Assembly: GCF_036321535.1 (NCBI RefSeq)
Contig: NC_087436.1
Location: 79,176,001 to 79,240,000 of the forward strand
DNA length: 64,000 bases
From: Camelus dromedarius
Lineage: Eukaryota
Direction of reading: 5' to 3'
In this document: positions 27,380-40,048 of the stretch, in pieces
How positions within the stretch are numbered: the stretch's first letter is position 1
Layout of the letters: the number at the start of each line of letters is the position of its first letter
The notes under the pieces: model-generated
Databases searched by the model: none
Told to the model about the DNA's origin: nothing
The model's input: only the letters and a program-made list of their open reading frames with translations
Translations under genes and position numbers: made by a program

Positions 27380-27878
27380 TGTGATAGACTGTATTTTCCA
27401 AAGAGGGGTGCAACAGTATCTCCGTCCCTTATACTCTTCAAGCACCTTGCCATTCTCCATTAAGAGTTAGTCTATGCCTCGTCTCTCTTGAACTTGGGTG
27501 GACCTTTGTCACTGCCTCAACCAAGAGAGTTCAGCAGAGGTGATGCTATGTGATTCCTGAAGCTAGATCATAAAAATGTCACGCGCTTCCATATTGCTTG
27601 TCCATATTGCCCTGGACAAGCATCTCAGCAGCCATACTGTGAGCCAGTCCAAGCAGCCGGTTCGTGGCCAATGTGAAGAGGAACCCAGGCCCTCAGGCTC
27701 AAGCCACGGCTACAACAACAGCCAAGAAGCAGCACCAACTAGCCTCCAGCTCAGCTGAGCTACCCCAGTTCCCACTGCATGAGCAGAGACAGAATAGCTG
27801 GCCCAAATTATAGACTCTTGAGCAGCAGAAATGACTGCTGTTGTTTAAGTCACGAAGCAGCAATGATAACTCCAATAC
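27380..27878 (+). mobile_element. MaLR solo LTR (MLT1-like)
   Basis: Starts tgtgatagactgtattttccaaaga; contains gcagaggtgatgctatgtga; 3' tgttgtttaagtcac. Confidence 0.75.
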
Positions 27879-28384
27879 GGCATCTGTGGGAGGTGGAATG
27901 CAGGGATAATCATTCTATACTCTGGAAAAGTGAGATGAATTCTCTCCTGCTGTTCGTTGTCAATTGCTTCTACATGCCCCCTCCCCTGCCCCTGCCCCAG
28001 CTTCCTCTGAGAGTTGCTTTTTCTTGGCTCTAGAAGTTTATGACTAGCATGCAGTAGTGTTTAAAGAGGAGGTTTTTTATTTAATTAAGAAAAGTGTCCT
28101 GCTATGAGGGAGCCTTAGGCCTTTGGAATGCACAGGATAAAGCATGATATCAAGAGTGGGAGAAGGAGACTAGTAATAACTATTCTCAGCTACATCCAAG
28201 CTTTAAAAAAAAGCCTTTTTACTTAATGTATCTTTTAAGTAATTTTTAACAAGTTACATGCAAAACACATTATTTTGATTAACAGCAGAATTCCACCCCC
28301 ATCCTGCATCTTTGGGCCTGTGGTTCCTAGGACTAGAAAGCTGAGATAGAACTAAACTGCTCTGCATAAGAAATATCTGTGGAC

Positions 28385-28880
28385 TGCACCACCAGATTCA
28401 CTGCAGCACTATTCACAATAGCCAAGGCATGGAAACAACCTAAGTGTCCACTGACAGAGGAATGGATAAAGACAATGTGAGATATATATGTATATTATGC
28501 ATTTATATCTATATATACACACACACACACAATGGAATATTATTCAGCCATAAAAAGAAGGAAGTTCTGCCATGGATGGAGCTCAAGTGTGTTACGCTTA
28601 GTGAAATAAGTCAGACAGAGAAAGACAAATAACATATGATCTCACTTATATGTAGAATCTAAAAAAAACCAAACAAAAAACAGAAAACAAAAACAAAAGC
28701 AAATACCCAAAATCATAAATACAGAGAGCAGATTGGTGGTTGTCTGAGATGGGAGGTGGGCAAAATGAACGAAGGTGGTCACAAGGTACAAACTTCCAAT
28801 TATAAAATGAATAAATCATGCAGATGTAACATACAGCATGATGACTATAGTTAATAACACTGCGTTGCATATTTTGATGT
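28385..28880 (+). mobile_element. L1 3' end fragment
   Basis: gcagcactattcacaatagccaag..agtgaaataagtcagacagagaaagacaaata..ggtacaaacttcca. Confidence 0.9.
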
Positions 28881-29093
28881 TATTTATATGTACTTATTAA
28901 TATGGGAAGTCATTCATAATTTGTGGTTAAGCCATAAAACAGAACAAATAATTTATAAAATAGTATGCACATCATCCTATCACCCCATGACTAAGAAAAA
29001 AGACCCCCAAAGAGTTTCATCTTGCCCAAATGCCTTATCTGATGACTAGCATTGCCACTTTTTCTATCTTTGAACCTAATCTACTGACTTCTT

Positions 29094-30305
29094 TTTTTTC
29101 TAACATTTTTTATTGATTTATAATCATTTTACAATGTTGTGTCAAATTTCAGTGTAGAGCACAATTTTTCAGTTATTTATGAACATATATATATTCATTG
29201 TCACATTTTTTTCTCTGTGAGCTACCATAAGATCTTATGTATATTTCCCTGTGCTATACAGTATAATCTTGTTTATCTATTCTACAATTTTGAAATCCCA
29301 GTCTATCTCTTCCCACCCCCTGCCCCCTTGGCAACCACAATTTTGTATTCTGTGTCTATGAGTCTATTTCTGTTTTGTATTTATGCTTTGTTTGTTTGTT
29401 TGTTTGTTTTAGATTCCACATATGAGCGATCTCATATGGTATTTTTCTTTCTCTTTCTGGCTTACTTCACTTAGAATGACATTCTCCAGGAACATCCATG
29501 TTGCTGCAAATGGTGTTATGTTGTCGGTTTTTATGGCTGAGTAGTATTCCATTATATAAATATACCACATCTTCTTTATCCAGTCATCCATTGATGGACA
29601 TTTAGGCTGTCTCCATGTCTTGGTTATTGTAAATAGTGCTGCTATGAACATTGGGGTGCAGGTGTCATCCTGAAGTAGGGTTCCTTCTGGATATATGCCC
29701 AGGAGCGGGATTCCTGAGTCATATGGTAAGTCTATTCCTAGTCTTTTGAGGAATCTCCATACTGTTTTCCACCAGCAGTGAAGGAGGGTTCCCTTTTCTC
29801 CACAGCCTCTCTAGCATTTGTCATTTGTGGACTTTTGAATTATGGCCATTCTGACTGGTGTGAGGTGATACCTCATTGTAGTTTTGATTTGCATTTCTCT
29901 GATAATTAGTGATATTGAGCATTTTTTCATGTGCCTATTGATCATTTGTATGTCTTCCTTGGAGAATTGCTTGGTTAGGTCTTCTGCCCGTTTTTGGATT
30001 GGGTTGTTTATTTTTTTTTATTGAGTTGTATGAGCTGCTTATGTATTCTGGAGATCAAGCCTTTGTCGGTTTCATTTGCAAAAATTTTTTCCCATTCCAT
30101 AGGTTGTCTTTTTGTTTTACTTATGGTTTCCTTTGCTGTGCAGAAGCTTGTAAGTATCATTAGGTCCCATTTGTTTATTCTTACTTTTATTTCTATTGCT
30201 TGAGTAGACTGTTCTAGGAGAACATTTTTGAGATGTATGTCAGATAATGTTTTGCCTATATTTTCCTCTAGGAGGTTTATTGTATCTTGTCTTATGTTCA
30301 AGTCT
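29094..30305 (-). mobile_element. Young 5'-truncated L1 (~1.2 kb) with 12-bp TSD
   Basis: ORF2 C-terminal peptides (MFIAALFTITKTWRQPKCPS; KWDL..SFCTAKE); TSD tactgacttctt at 29082-29093 and 30306-30317. Confidence 0.95.
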
Positions 30306-30802
30306 TACTGACTTCTTGACCACAATACTTTCCATGTGCTGGGGGAGTAAAAAGGAAATTGGAACATATATGATCTGTCCCTGCTTTCATGATGCTTATC
30401 TGACAAAGCAGATGTTAAACAAACAAACCAAAAATAGAAATATGAAGACTGTTAGGACGATAAACGATAGAATAGTCTATAAATTTATAAGAACAATCCT
30501 TGACAGCCTAAACCCTAGGGTTATTTTTTTTTGTCTTTAACCTTTTTTTATTACATGCACAGTTCACATTAAAAAACTAAAATAATGAAAAAGGGAATGG
30601 AGTGAAACAGTCTTTCTCCCACTCTTGAATTTCATTCCCCTAGGGTTACTTTTTACAAGAAAAATAAAAATAAAAAACACTCCTGTGTACTGCCATGAAC
30701 AGTGACATAGAACTCAAAGACCCGCTTTCTAGACCCAGCACTGCCATTCTGTATACATTGGTATACACTGGTGACCTTGTAAATGCCATTTAACTTTTGT
30801 GT

Positions 30803-31005
30803 ACTGCTGATTTGAAAGTTTCTAACAGACTAAACCTTAAAAATTCTCATTATAAGGAAAAAAAAAAGCTTGTAACTGTGCAGTGATGGATGTTAACTAC
30901 AATTATTGTGGTGATCGTTTTGCAATATATAAGTCTATCAAATCATTATGTTGTGCACCTGAAACTAACGCAATGTTATATGTCAGCTATATCTCAATTA
31001 GAAAA
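30803..31005 (+). mobile_element. L1 3' end fragment
   Basis: tttgaaagtt..gtgatggatgttaacta..cacctgaaactaa..tatatctcaatt. Confidence 0.8.
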
Positions 31006-31489
31006 ATGTCACCTTAACCAGGGAAAAAAAGAGAAAAGAAAGGTATGTGGCTGGCTTGCTGCAAAAGATGACTTTGGGGAGAAGAGAGTTGTCCAATGGA
31101 AATTTTAATTAGGTGGTTTGCTGTGTGACTGATGACAGAAATCCTCCCTTTTGTGTCTTTGGACTGGAGTTACTCTGTGGGGCTGTGACGAAGTGCTAAC
31201 GGCCCTTCAGGCTCCCTAAGGGAGGAAATCGTACCTGCCTGGGGTGAGGGACCACACAGGATAATATCTGGTCTCCCAGTGGAGGGAAAATCTAAAATAA
31301 TAAAAGCCTTTTACTTGAACAATATTTAAAAATTTATTCTGGATATTTTCAAACTTATGTAAAGGTGGAAAAGTAGAATAAAGAATTTCTATGTACCCAT
31401 TATTCAACTTTTACATTTTGACAACCCTTGGGTTCATTTAAAAAAAAAAAAAGCATATTGTAATTTTCCATGAAGCAATATTTAAAGAC

Positions 31490-31709
31490 ACACAAATTGT
31501 TGACAAAATTAATTTTTTAATGGCAATCATCTTGGAAAACCGTATTGGAAATACATTTCTTTCAAAATAAACCAGAAATTAAAAATGTTTTGAAGCCATT
31601 TGAAACTGTATGATTAGTTGAATTAATTTCTAAGATTCGAAATGAGATTGCACTGAATCGATGCAGGATTTCATTCCAGTATTTTCTTTTACCACAAAGT
31701 GAATTTGAC
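31490..31709 (-). other. Probable non-coding terminal (3'UTR) exon of the PLAC8-like gene
   Basis: Strong minus-strand acceptor (long pyrimidine tract, tctctacag|G at 31709) downstream of the 33401 donor. ATTAAA at 31521-31516, alternative AATAAA at 31338-31333. The 3' end is uncertain. Confidence 0.6.
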
Positions 31710-33410
31710 CTGTAGAGATAAGGAAAAAAAGAAAAGAAAAGAAAGAATAAATAAATGAATGAATGAAGACTTATCATTCCATCTTTCTTTATATTATCTT
31801 GTTCCAAATATTAAAACTTCATTTCCTGCTACCCTACTACCAAATTGCTACATATTTAAAATCTATATCAAATAATGGCCCCTGATTCACTACTATCTAT
31901 TTGGAAGGGTCATGACCACTAGTTAAGATTCAGATGGGTCCCCAGGTTAGAGTCTCATTATGATTCCTTGCTTGAAAGTTGGGTTCATTTATTTACCCAC
32001 AGTATTTATTAAGTGCCTACTATGTGGCAGGCACTGCTGTTAGGTGGTTGGGTAAACCAACAGAATGCTCTGTAGATTGCCAGAGCTAACTTCCCTTACC
32101 AAATGTCAATGAATCATCAAGCATGCTAAGGTAAGAGACTCCAAAAGGCAGAGACCCCAAAACAATCTTTTTCATTGACTGGATGACTAGACCCAGTAAA
32201 CTGCCACCTTCCAATTCCTTCAGGTCTACTTGGGCATCCAATTCTGAGTCACACTGGTAACATAAGGCTTTAAAGAAACATCACTGCTTGGGAAGAGAAA
32301 CCACCACTGATTCTCAGGAGGTAGGGTACAAGGAGGAAAAAAGAATAAGAAGGCTCACCATCTTGACTCTGCTTGAAAATGAGTAAAGCACTTCCGTCAC
32401 TGAGGAAAGCAATCAGAAGACTAATACCTGGATATTAAAATGGTACTAAAATGAAATGACATGAACTAAAATGTTCATGAAGAGGACATTATTTTGTGCT
32501 GCATGTGGCAAAATAGCTAAGAGAGACACAGACTGTGCCCGCGTCAGCCAGTCATGCAGATGGATGTGCCGTCCTGATCAAGCACTCTCAAAGGCCTCTT
32601 GGGAGATGGACTTTACAGAGAAGAGCCATTTCCAGGTGAAAATGAAACTTTGATTACAAATTCCATGAGACTGACAGTAAGAGATGGAAAGACAGGACTG
32701 GTAAGCCATTGCCTTAAGAAAAACAGGAAGAACTGAGAAGATTAAATACGTGACAGGAGGACTTAGGAAATGAGGCAAATGAGTAGCTGCCCAACTTTGG
32801 TGATACCACCACCAAAAAGTCAGTACTCTTCTTCCTAAATGGGAGCTTTGGGCATTTTGGATAACTGGGTGAATTGGCCACACTTAACTTACAGAGACTA
32901 ACACAGCTTTCCACCACTTTGGAGAATGAATTACTATTTTAATATTGTGGTGTTGACAAGAACCTGTAACTAGATACGTTACACAGTCACACTATGACAT
33001 CTCAGTAGGTAACTGTTGGCAGCAGTGGACCTGATATCTAGGCTTCGGGAAATGAATGTTTTGTCATACACATACCTCCACCACCTTAAATCAGGGTGTA
33101 GTTAAGATAAGCGTGGAAGATGTGTGGCATGTTTATCTGGTACATCACGTGGCCACTCCACCCGTGGCAGACATCTTAACAAATCACAGAATTCCTTCTT
33201 ATCCAAACAGGTTCAGCCCTCTCCACCCAGGTTCTGGAAAGTTAACTCCCAACTGACTGGTGTAGACTGGCCATTTAAAGCCATTTACCCTCCATTTGTT
33301 AAGGGATATCTCATGTGTCTGTGAGGGTACCAAGGAAATCAGAGATGTCTTTGAGAATTTGTTTTGATCCTCATAAATCAAAGAATTCTCACCAACTTAC
33401 CAAGCACCTT

Positions 33411-33515
33411 TTATAAAGCATTTATTGCTTTTCTTTTTTCAATATCTCGCTTGAGTTGACAAAGGGCACAATGAGTGAAAAACGTCATACATAGGAAATC
33501 ATCACAAATAGATCC
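33411..33515 (-). CDS. PLAC8: PLAC8-family gene, third coding exon: GSICDDFLCMTFFTHCALCQLKRDIEKRKAINAL*
   Basis: Acceptor ttttttaacag|GGA, PLAC8 C-terminal motifs GSICDD and LCQxKRDI, TAA at 33413-33411. The exon continues to a donor TTG|GTAAGT after 33401. CDS total 97+125+105=327 nt. Confidence 0.96.
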   Translation of the reverse strand, partial: GSICDDFLCMTFFTHCALCQLKRDIEKRKAINAL

Positions 33516-35099
33516 CTGTTAAAAAAACAAATAAATGGATCAATATGTAGCCTATTAATATGGCCACACAGTTCCTTGCATTCATATAGCTTTTCTAGCC
33601 TCTTTAAAACATACATTTTCTGTCACTTGTTTATCATGAGAATTCTGTACTCTTATCCCTATTCTTCTGAGGACCAAGCGAAGCCAATTGACCTGCTAAG
33701 ATTACACAACAAATTGGTGGCAGAGATTAGTCTTTCTCTCCTCAAGCCAGTGCTCTTTTCATAACATAGACCTTTTCAAATGATCTGCAGTTTACAATTC
33801 CAGGCCCAGTTCTCTAGCATCTGTTCTGGAATATTTTTAAACTTTAAATCAATTAATTAATTAATTTTTATTGAAGTGGAATGGTTCCCTTTTTTAAAAG
33901 AAAAAAATCCTTGTATGTATGTATGTTATGTATGTATGTATGCATGCATTTATATATATTGAGGTGAGATGGTTCCCTTTAAAGCCAATTGTGTAATGCA
34001 TCAATTTTTCCAGTTGGTTGTGAGCATAGTGCCAGACCAGGCCTCACCTTGTAGCCCTCTAGCCATTTTCACTGACATCTCTCTGGGTGATCCGGGGGAG
34101 TCCAATCTGACAGTTGGGTTCTATGACCGTGTGTCTTGACTGACTGAAATCAGTTTGGGCTCCATTTTTGGATTACACTTATTTTTTACAATGTTGAGTT
34201 TAATACAATTTCCAATGTGCAATGCGAGCAGAAAGAAAGAGAGTGGGAAAGAGAGAGATCTATAGCAGACTTAGTTTATAAGGGTTAGGAGCTCTTAAAC
34301 AGTGAGACTATGAATGATTTATTTTTCATAAACATTTTTTTCCCTTGTGACAGTGATTTTGAGTCTCATCTAACAGAGGAAGCATGTGCCAAAGAGTGGA
34401 CAACTAGGTAACAGTGTAAACATTTTTCTGATGTTATGACCCTCATCTCAACAGATGGAAGAACAGATATTCTGCTTGAAAACAGTTCAGTCTCTTGGCC
34501 TTCTGTTTTTCCATGATAAATCATCCAAATCCTTTCTTCATAGTACCTTTTGTCCATTCTTTAGTTCATTATTTTTTATTCTTTTAATCTCTAAACCTTC
34601 ATTAAACCAACATTGATTGCACACATAAAATATGCTACAAAGAAGAAGATACTCTCATTCAACAAAGATGTAATTACTTTTCTGTTCCAGCATGCCTATG
34701 TCTGTCTTTTACCATGGGAAGCTTTTAGAGGGGAAAAGTCCACTATTATTTGCTGAGAAACCTAGGGGAACTTTTAGAAAACACTCTCTAAAGTCTTTCA
34801 TAATACAGAGGCCATAGAGAAGAAAAAACATTCTTTTTTTCAAAGTAAGAGGAAGTGAACTACAGGTTTATACCATGCTGAAGTTAATAAGGGTCATAAA
34901 CACCTTGACCAGAGCATCTTCCCAGGGAACGGGTGCCAGGAACAAAGATTCTGCTGTCACGATTCTGTTTGGTAAAGGGGAATGGTGCTTTACTTTCTTG
35001 GAAGCTGTTAAAAAAGCAATCTTGTTGTGAGCACCATTTACAGAATCATTGAGCAAATAAGCCAATGAGATGTGGTACGTGGCTGAATACACACCAATG

Positions 35100-35280
35100 G
35101 GAAGGCAAGGTGGTCCAGTGGGAAAAACCAGACCTTGGGAGTCAGAATAAACTTGAGCCCAAATTTCAGCATTTAGATTTCTGTGATCTTCAGCTTTCTC
35201 ATTCCTGGTTTTCATATCTATAAAGTGCTGATAATGGTCCCCAAAACACAGAGTTTGTAGGTAATGAATGAGCAAATATG
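35100..35280 (+). mobile_element. MIR SINE (intronic)
   Basis: ggtccagtgggaaaaaccagaccttgggagtcagaa..tctataaagtgctgataat. Confidence 0.6.
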
Positions 35281-36009
35281 TGTCCAGATAATGTCTCAGC
35301 ACATAGGAGTGGTTGTTCATTTTCTTTCTCCTTCTCTCCTGCAGAGACTGGGGTCCTGGCAAAAGGATGCTTTCTTGCCTGTGTCCATGAAGGGAGGGGC
35401 AGAGAGGCTAGGTTGGGGCAGTGCTATAAAAGTTTGCATAGATGGAAAGGAGAAACAAAGCAGAGAGCCTGAATTATACAAATCAGCCCTAGGATTTACT
35501 AGCCATTTTCCAGGTTTGTTCTAAGGAGGAAGAACAGAGATACACAGTCTATAAATACACTTATTCAAAGTATGCCAAGGAAACTGATTATATCATAGAA
35601 ACTTAGACCTAGAAGTGACCTTAGAAATCGTACTGCACAACTTCCTCATGCAGATGAGAAAACTGAAGCCGCCCAATGACTTATCGGAGAGTCTTAGAAG
35701 TTAGCTCTTTGCTGAGCTGTGCACAGAACTGTCAGCTCCAGAATCCAGCTGAGTGCCCCTTCCTCTACGCCATTATAGACCACCTTGGGAACCTCACCCA
35801 CACACCCATACACATAACTCCATACACCTGAAACTTTGCATAGAGTTTGAGGAGTTTATGGTACAGTCACAAAGAACCCCTGTGCTGTGTTATGCTGCCT
35901 TGGGAGTGGCATAAATGAGAGTGGCCAGCAATGCTGAGACAGGCGGCTGAGCGAACCCACAGGAGGAAGGAAGCCTGCCTGAGAAAACAGCTGAGACAAG
36001 AACAAAAAC

Positions 36010-36660
36010 ATAGTCACTTACTGAGCACTTACTGCCTGCTAGGCCCAGGGCTAAGTCCTTTCCACATATTTCCTCATGTGACCCTTACCACACCACCATG
36101 GGAGAGGCAGCATTATTACCATTTTATCAGTGGGGGAACCAAGGCTTAGGAAGATTAATCACTTGCTCTTGGTCACAACGCAAGGGGCAGAGGCTAAGTT
36201 CCCAGGAATACAAATCCATCATATCCTTTCTTTGTTTAAAAACATTCCAGTGGCTTCCCTGCTCACTCAGAGTAAAAACTAAAGTTCTTATTATGGTCTG
36301 CAATGCCCTAGGAGGTCTAACTCTTGCTAATGCTCTGACATCATCTTCTTCTAATATCCCCCGCCCCCAACCACACACGCCCACCTGTGTGCACACACTC
36401 TATTTCCACCTTTCCGGCTGCCTGCTGGGTCTGGAACACTCCAGTAAGCTCTACGTCAGGGCCTTGGCTCTGGCTCTCTCCTCTGCCTGGACCCTCCTGA
36501 GATGAGTCATCCTCTCATCCTTTCAGATCTTTACTTAGGTCTATGTAAAATCACAGCCCTTCAGCCCTCTATTCTTCTTCCTTGCTGTATTCTCCTCTGC
36601 AGCACTTATCAGCATCCTATATACTCCACCTACTTACACTGCAGCTGTCTTCTCCCATGC
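36010..36660. mobile_element. MIR (minus) followed by L2 fragment (plus), intronic
   Basis: tttactgagcacttact..ccattttatcag..aaggcttaggaag; then aaaacattccagtggcttccc..actcagagtaaaa. Confidence 0.65.
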
Positions 36661-36789
36661 GCGTGTGCACTCTACCACTGACCGCCATCATCATAATAAT
36701 TGATTCAGGCAAAAATCCTCAAAGGGTGTTAGAACCAGTGGGTGAAGGGACAGGATATTTACATCTCTCTGCCGGATCCTTATCCATTA

Positions 36790-37475
36790 TGGAGAGGAAA
36801 TAGCAACTTTGTAGTGGAGAGTCCTGGCAGACACTATCTTAAACAAGGAATCCAAGTTAACATCACCCATAGTGGAGCACATGATATCATGTGCTTCCTG
36901 ATGTAATGTATGGCAAACATAACATCGCTTTTGTGGAGTTTCTGCCAAAAATGTGTAACCTAAGTCTAATCATGAGGACACATTTGACAAGGCAAATTGA
37001 GGAGTAGTCTACAAAATAGCTGATCTGTGACAAAGAAAGACTGAGAAACTCTCTCCCGTCATAGAAAGAGGCATGACAAGTGAAAACAATGCGTGATTCC
37101 AGATTGACTTCCTTTTCACCTAAAGAATATTATTGGGATAATTGATAAAGTTTAAATAACACCCATAGATTAGCTAGTAGTACTATATCGATATTAAATT
37201 TCTGGTTTTGATAATTGTTTTGTGATAATGTAAGCGATTATCCTTGTTTTTAAGAAATACACATTGAAATAGAGTTAACAGCATCAAGTTTATAATTTGC
37301 TCTCAAAAGATTCAGAAAAAATTAGCATAGGTACATAGACACACAGAGGAAAGAGAGAAAATAAAGAAAATGTGGCAGATTTTTAATGTTTGGGGAATCT
37401 AGGTGAAAGGTATCCAGGAAGATTTTGTAACATTTTTGCAACTTTTCTTTAAATCTGAAATTAGGTTAAAATAAA
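36790..37475 (+). mobile_element. Old L1 (L1MC/ME-like) 3' region, intronic
   Basis: gtggagagtcctggcagacactatcttaa..ttggggaatctaggtgaaaggtat..tttgcaacttttc. Confidence 0.7.
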
Positions 37476-38108
37476 AATCCTCCCCCCACAAAACAGATCA
37501 TAAACTCCTTGAAGACAAGGATTTTGATTTTCTTTTTCACTGACGTGTCTCTGGCAACTGCAATAGTGCCCGGCCTGTTCTATGTACTCAGTAAATCCCT
37601 GTTGAATGAGTGAGTATCAGCCTAAGACCTAACAAGGTTCTAGGTGCTCAATACTCTCTTTTGAATGGATGAGCACTGGCTTGTGGGTTACCAATGAGGC
37701 GAATGTGCCAGCTCGGAGGGCATCCACTACACACCCATTGTTAACCCAAGGCCTCCTTGGCAACTGCCACCCACTTTGCAGATTTGCAGGGTCCTCGCTC
37801 TGACTCTGAGTAAAGCCAGGAGAGACTAAGGACTTTACGCTGATCTCCGCCCCTCACCTGCTCACCTCCAGCAACTTTTCCAGAGACACATCTATTGGGT
37901 CAATAAAAGATTTTATTAGGAATATATTCCAAAGTATAGATAGCCGCATGGCCCCTGTAAGTCACTTAAAGTATTTTAGATGGTAGTGGAAAAAAGACTA
38001 GAGTCAAGCCATGACGGTGAGGAGGGCAAAAACGGAGGCCCAGTCAGACTGAAGGAAGGGCCTCCGGCCGCCTGGGCTCCCACTTCACAGTGGGTACGGG
38101 TGACTCAC

Positions 38109-38233
38109 CGGGATGCCATATCGGGTCCGGTACATGGTCCTCATGGCGACGCTTGCTCCACACAGGCAGCATTCGTTCATGTCAGAGGCGATCTGACATG
38201 AAAGGCACAGGGGGAAAAAAGCCCCACAGAGGC
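38109..38233 (-). CDS. PLAC8: PLAC8-family gene, second coding exon (125 nt): (C)LCGAFFPLCLSCQIASDMNECCLCGASVAMRTMYRTRYGIP
   Basis: Acceptor ccctgcgctcag, donor CCG|GTGAGT, phase 1 in and phase 0 out. The translation matches the PLAC8 core DMNECCLCGxSVAMRTxYRTRYGIP. Confidence 0.97.
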
Positions 38234-39311
38234 CTGAGCGCAGGGTGAAATTACATAGAGGAATTAGTCAAGGGCACCGTGGTTTGACTTAATCATAGCA
38301 CTCTCAAAAAGATCCTCACACAGGAAATGGCCTTCATGGACACTCTGCGAAAACAATGGGGTCACTTGGCTCTTTATGTCTTGCTTCTAGACCCCATAGT
38401 CCAGGATGCGGGGAAAATTGGCTTGTCATATACCAGATCAGTTTTAATTGCAAAAGCTCTTGCCTTGAGCCTCTGAGCACGTGCAAATTATCTTTCTTCC
38501 CTGCTCGTGTTTACTTTTGGATCATGTTTGCATGGGAAGGTTGCGGCATCAGGATGTCTGAGGAACCCTTTGAAAACTGTGGGAGTGTGTTTAGGATCAG
38601 AAAGTGCTGAGTGAAGAAATACTTAGGGCCAACATGAGAAAAGCAGTAGGAAGTAGATTCTAGATGGTCATTCTGCCAAAGAGGAGAGCCTTATTATTGT
38701 TATGAAGATGGAAGCAAATAGAAATTAAGGGATACTGGCATCAAAAACTTAAAAATCATACTGAAATTTTACCTGAAGGAGTCTGTATAAGACACACACA
38801 CACACGAAAGGACTTAAAATAGCAGCAAACAGGAAACTGTTCTCAAACATGCTCTGAGTACAAGTCTATTTTGAAAAGTTCAGGGGTGGAGTTTTGATAT
38901 GGCAGTACCCTAGATAAGATAAGAAAGCCCCTGTTTTTTGATTGTTTTAGCAAAAGGCTATATCTCATTGGAACTGGAAACTTCCACCGTATCCAAAAAA
39001 AGAGGCTGTTTCTCAAGACAGAGGCAATCCACAGGGAGAATGTTGGCAATTCATTGGGCAGTCGCCTCACACAAGGAAATTGTCTCACACAAAAGAATGT
39101 TTTGGTGATGTGAAAGAATTCTAAGAGAGGAAAGCTAGAAACCTGAAAGCTTCCCGAAATGGGACAGCCACAAGAGCCACAAGATCATAACTGAAAGCCA
39201 GAAACACAGATAAAGCTCCGGAGGAAAAGAAAAGGCAAAGAGAAGACTGGAGAAACGTGTCAAGACCATGGGGATACTAAAGAGATGAAAAATATAAAAA
39301 GAAGTGATGTA

Positions 39312-39455
39312 GGGGAGGGTATAGCTCAAGTGGTAGAGTGCTCTCCTAGCATGCGTGAAGTCCTGGGTTTGATCCTCAGTACCTCCATGAAAAAAGTAAG
39401 TAAGTAAACCTAATTACTTCCCTCTGCAAAAAATTAAAAAAAAAAAAAAAAAAAA
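39312..39455 (+). mobile_element. tRNA-derived SINE (camelid Vic-1-like)
   Basis: ggggagggtatagctcaagtggtagag (A box), gggtttgatcc (degenerate B box), cagtacctcc, poly-A tail. Confidence 0.85.
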
Positions 39456-39951
39456 GGTGATTGATATGACCAGGGCTCCAAAACTCAAGGCCTGGTTGGT
39501 AAAATAAATGAGTGAAATAGCTTGGGGAAAACCCACAAAACAGAAAAAGCCACAGTGGTTGGTGGACGGAAATATGGCAAACTGCAGAGTGAAGGTCCCT
39601 TTGAATGGGGTCGGGTCCTACACCACAGCAGCCCACCTCCACCAGCTGAGAATGAAGACACCTCTTTCCAGATTTCCCAAATTGTCAAGAGAATTTGGAG
39701 ATCTAGATTGGAACACTAGATTTTTCTTTGGAATCTGATTTTTATATGAATCTTACTATTCTAAAATTAATGCAGCAAAAGGGGTGACTAGGCATGGGAC
39801 AAATGAAACACATCTGGAGGCAAAACCCGCCCCTGGGCTTCCAGGTTGTGACTCCCAAGTTCTAACTAAAACATGGAACTCAGTAAGAGGACACACAAAC
39901 GATTTTTATGATGTCGGCAGGCTGGAGAGAGCAACAACCGTATGCACTTAC

Positions 39952-40048
39952 AAACTCCCATGTCATCACAGCAGTCAAACATGCCGGTTTGCCAGTCACT
40001 AGCCGTGGCCCCTGCACCATATCTTGGCTGGGAAACAACTGGATTCAT
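39952..40048 (-). CDS. PLAC8: PLAC8-family (PLAC8B-like) gene, first coding exon: MNPVVSQPRYGAGATASDWQTGMFDCCDDMGV + 1 nt
   Basis: Minus strand has acceptor ttttggttttgttttcacag (exon starts 40080), ATG in context AAAATGA at 40048, the PLAC8/cornifelin motif WQTGMFDCCDD, and a phase-1 donor T|GTAAGT after 39952. Confidence 0.95.

Noticed and set aside
34847..34860. PU.1/ETS-like motif AAGAGGAAGTGAAC in an intron
   Set aside because: A single short motif is expected by chance in 64 kb and there is no supporting cluster.
34868..35362. 164-aa minus-strand intronic ORF
   Set aside because: It overlaps a MIR and has no recognisable domain.
39312..39385. tRNA-like sequences (also at 43269, 45765 and 49550)
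   Set aside because: Acceptor stems are degenerate and they carry SINE tails or poly-A, so they are SINE heads, not tRNA genes.
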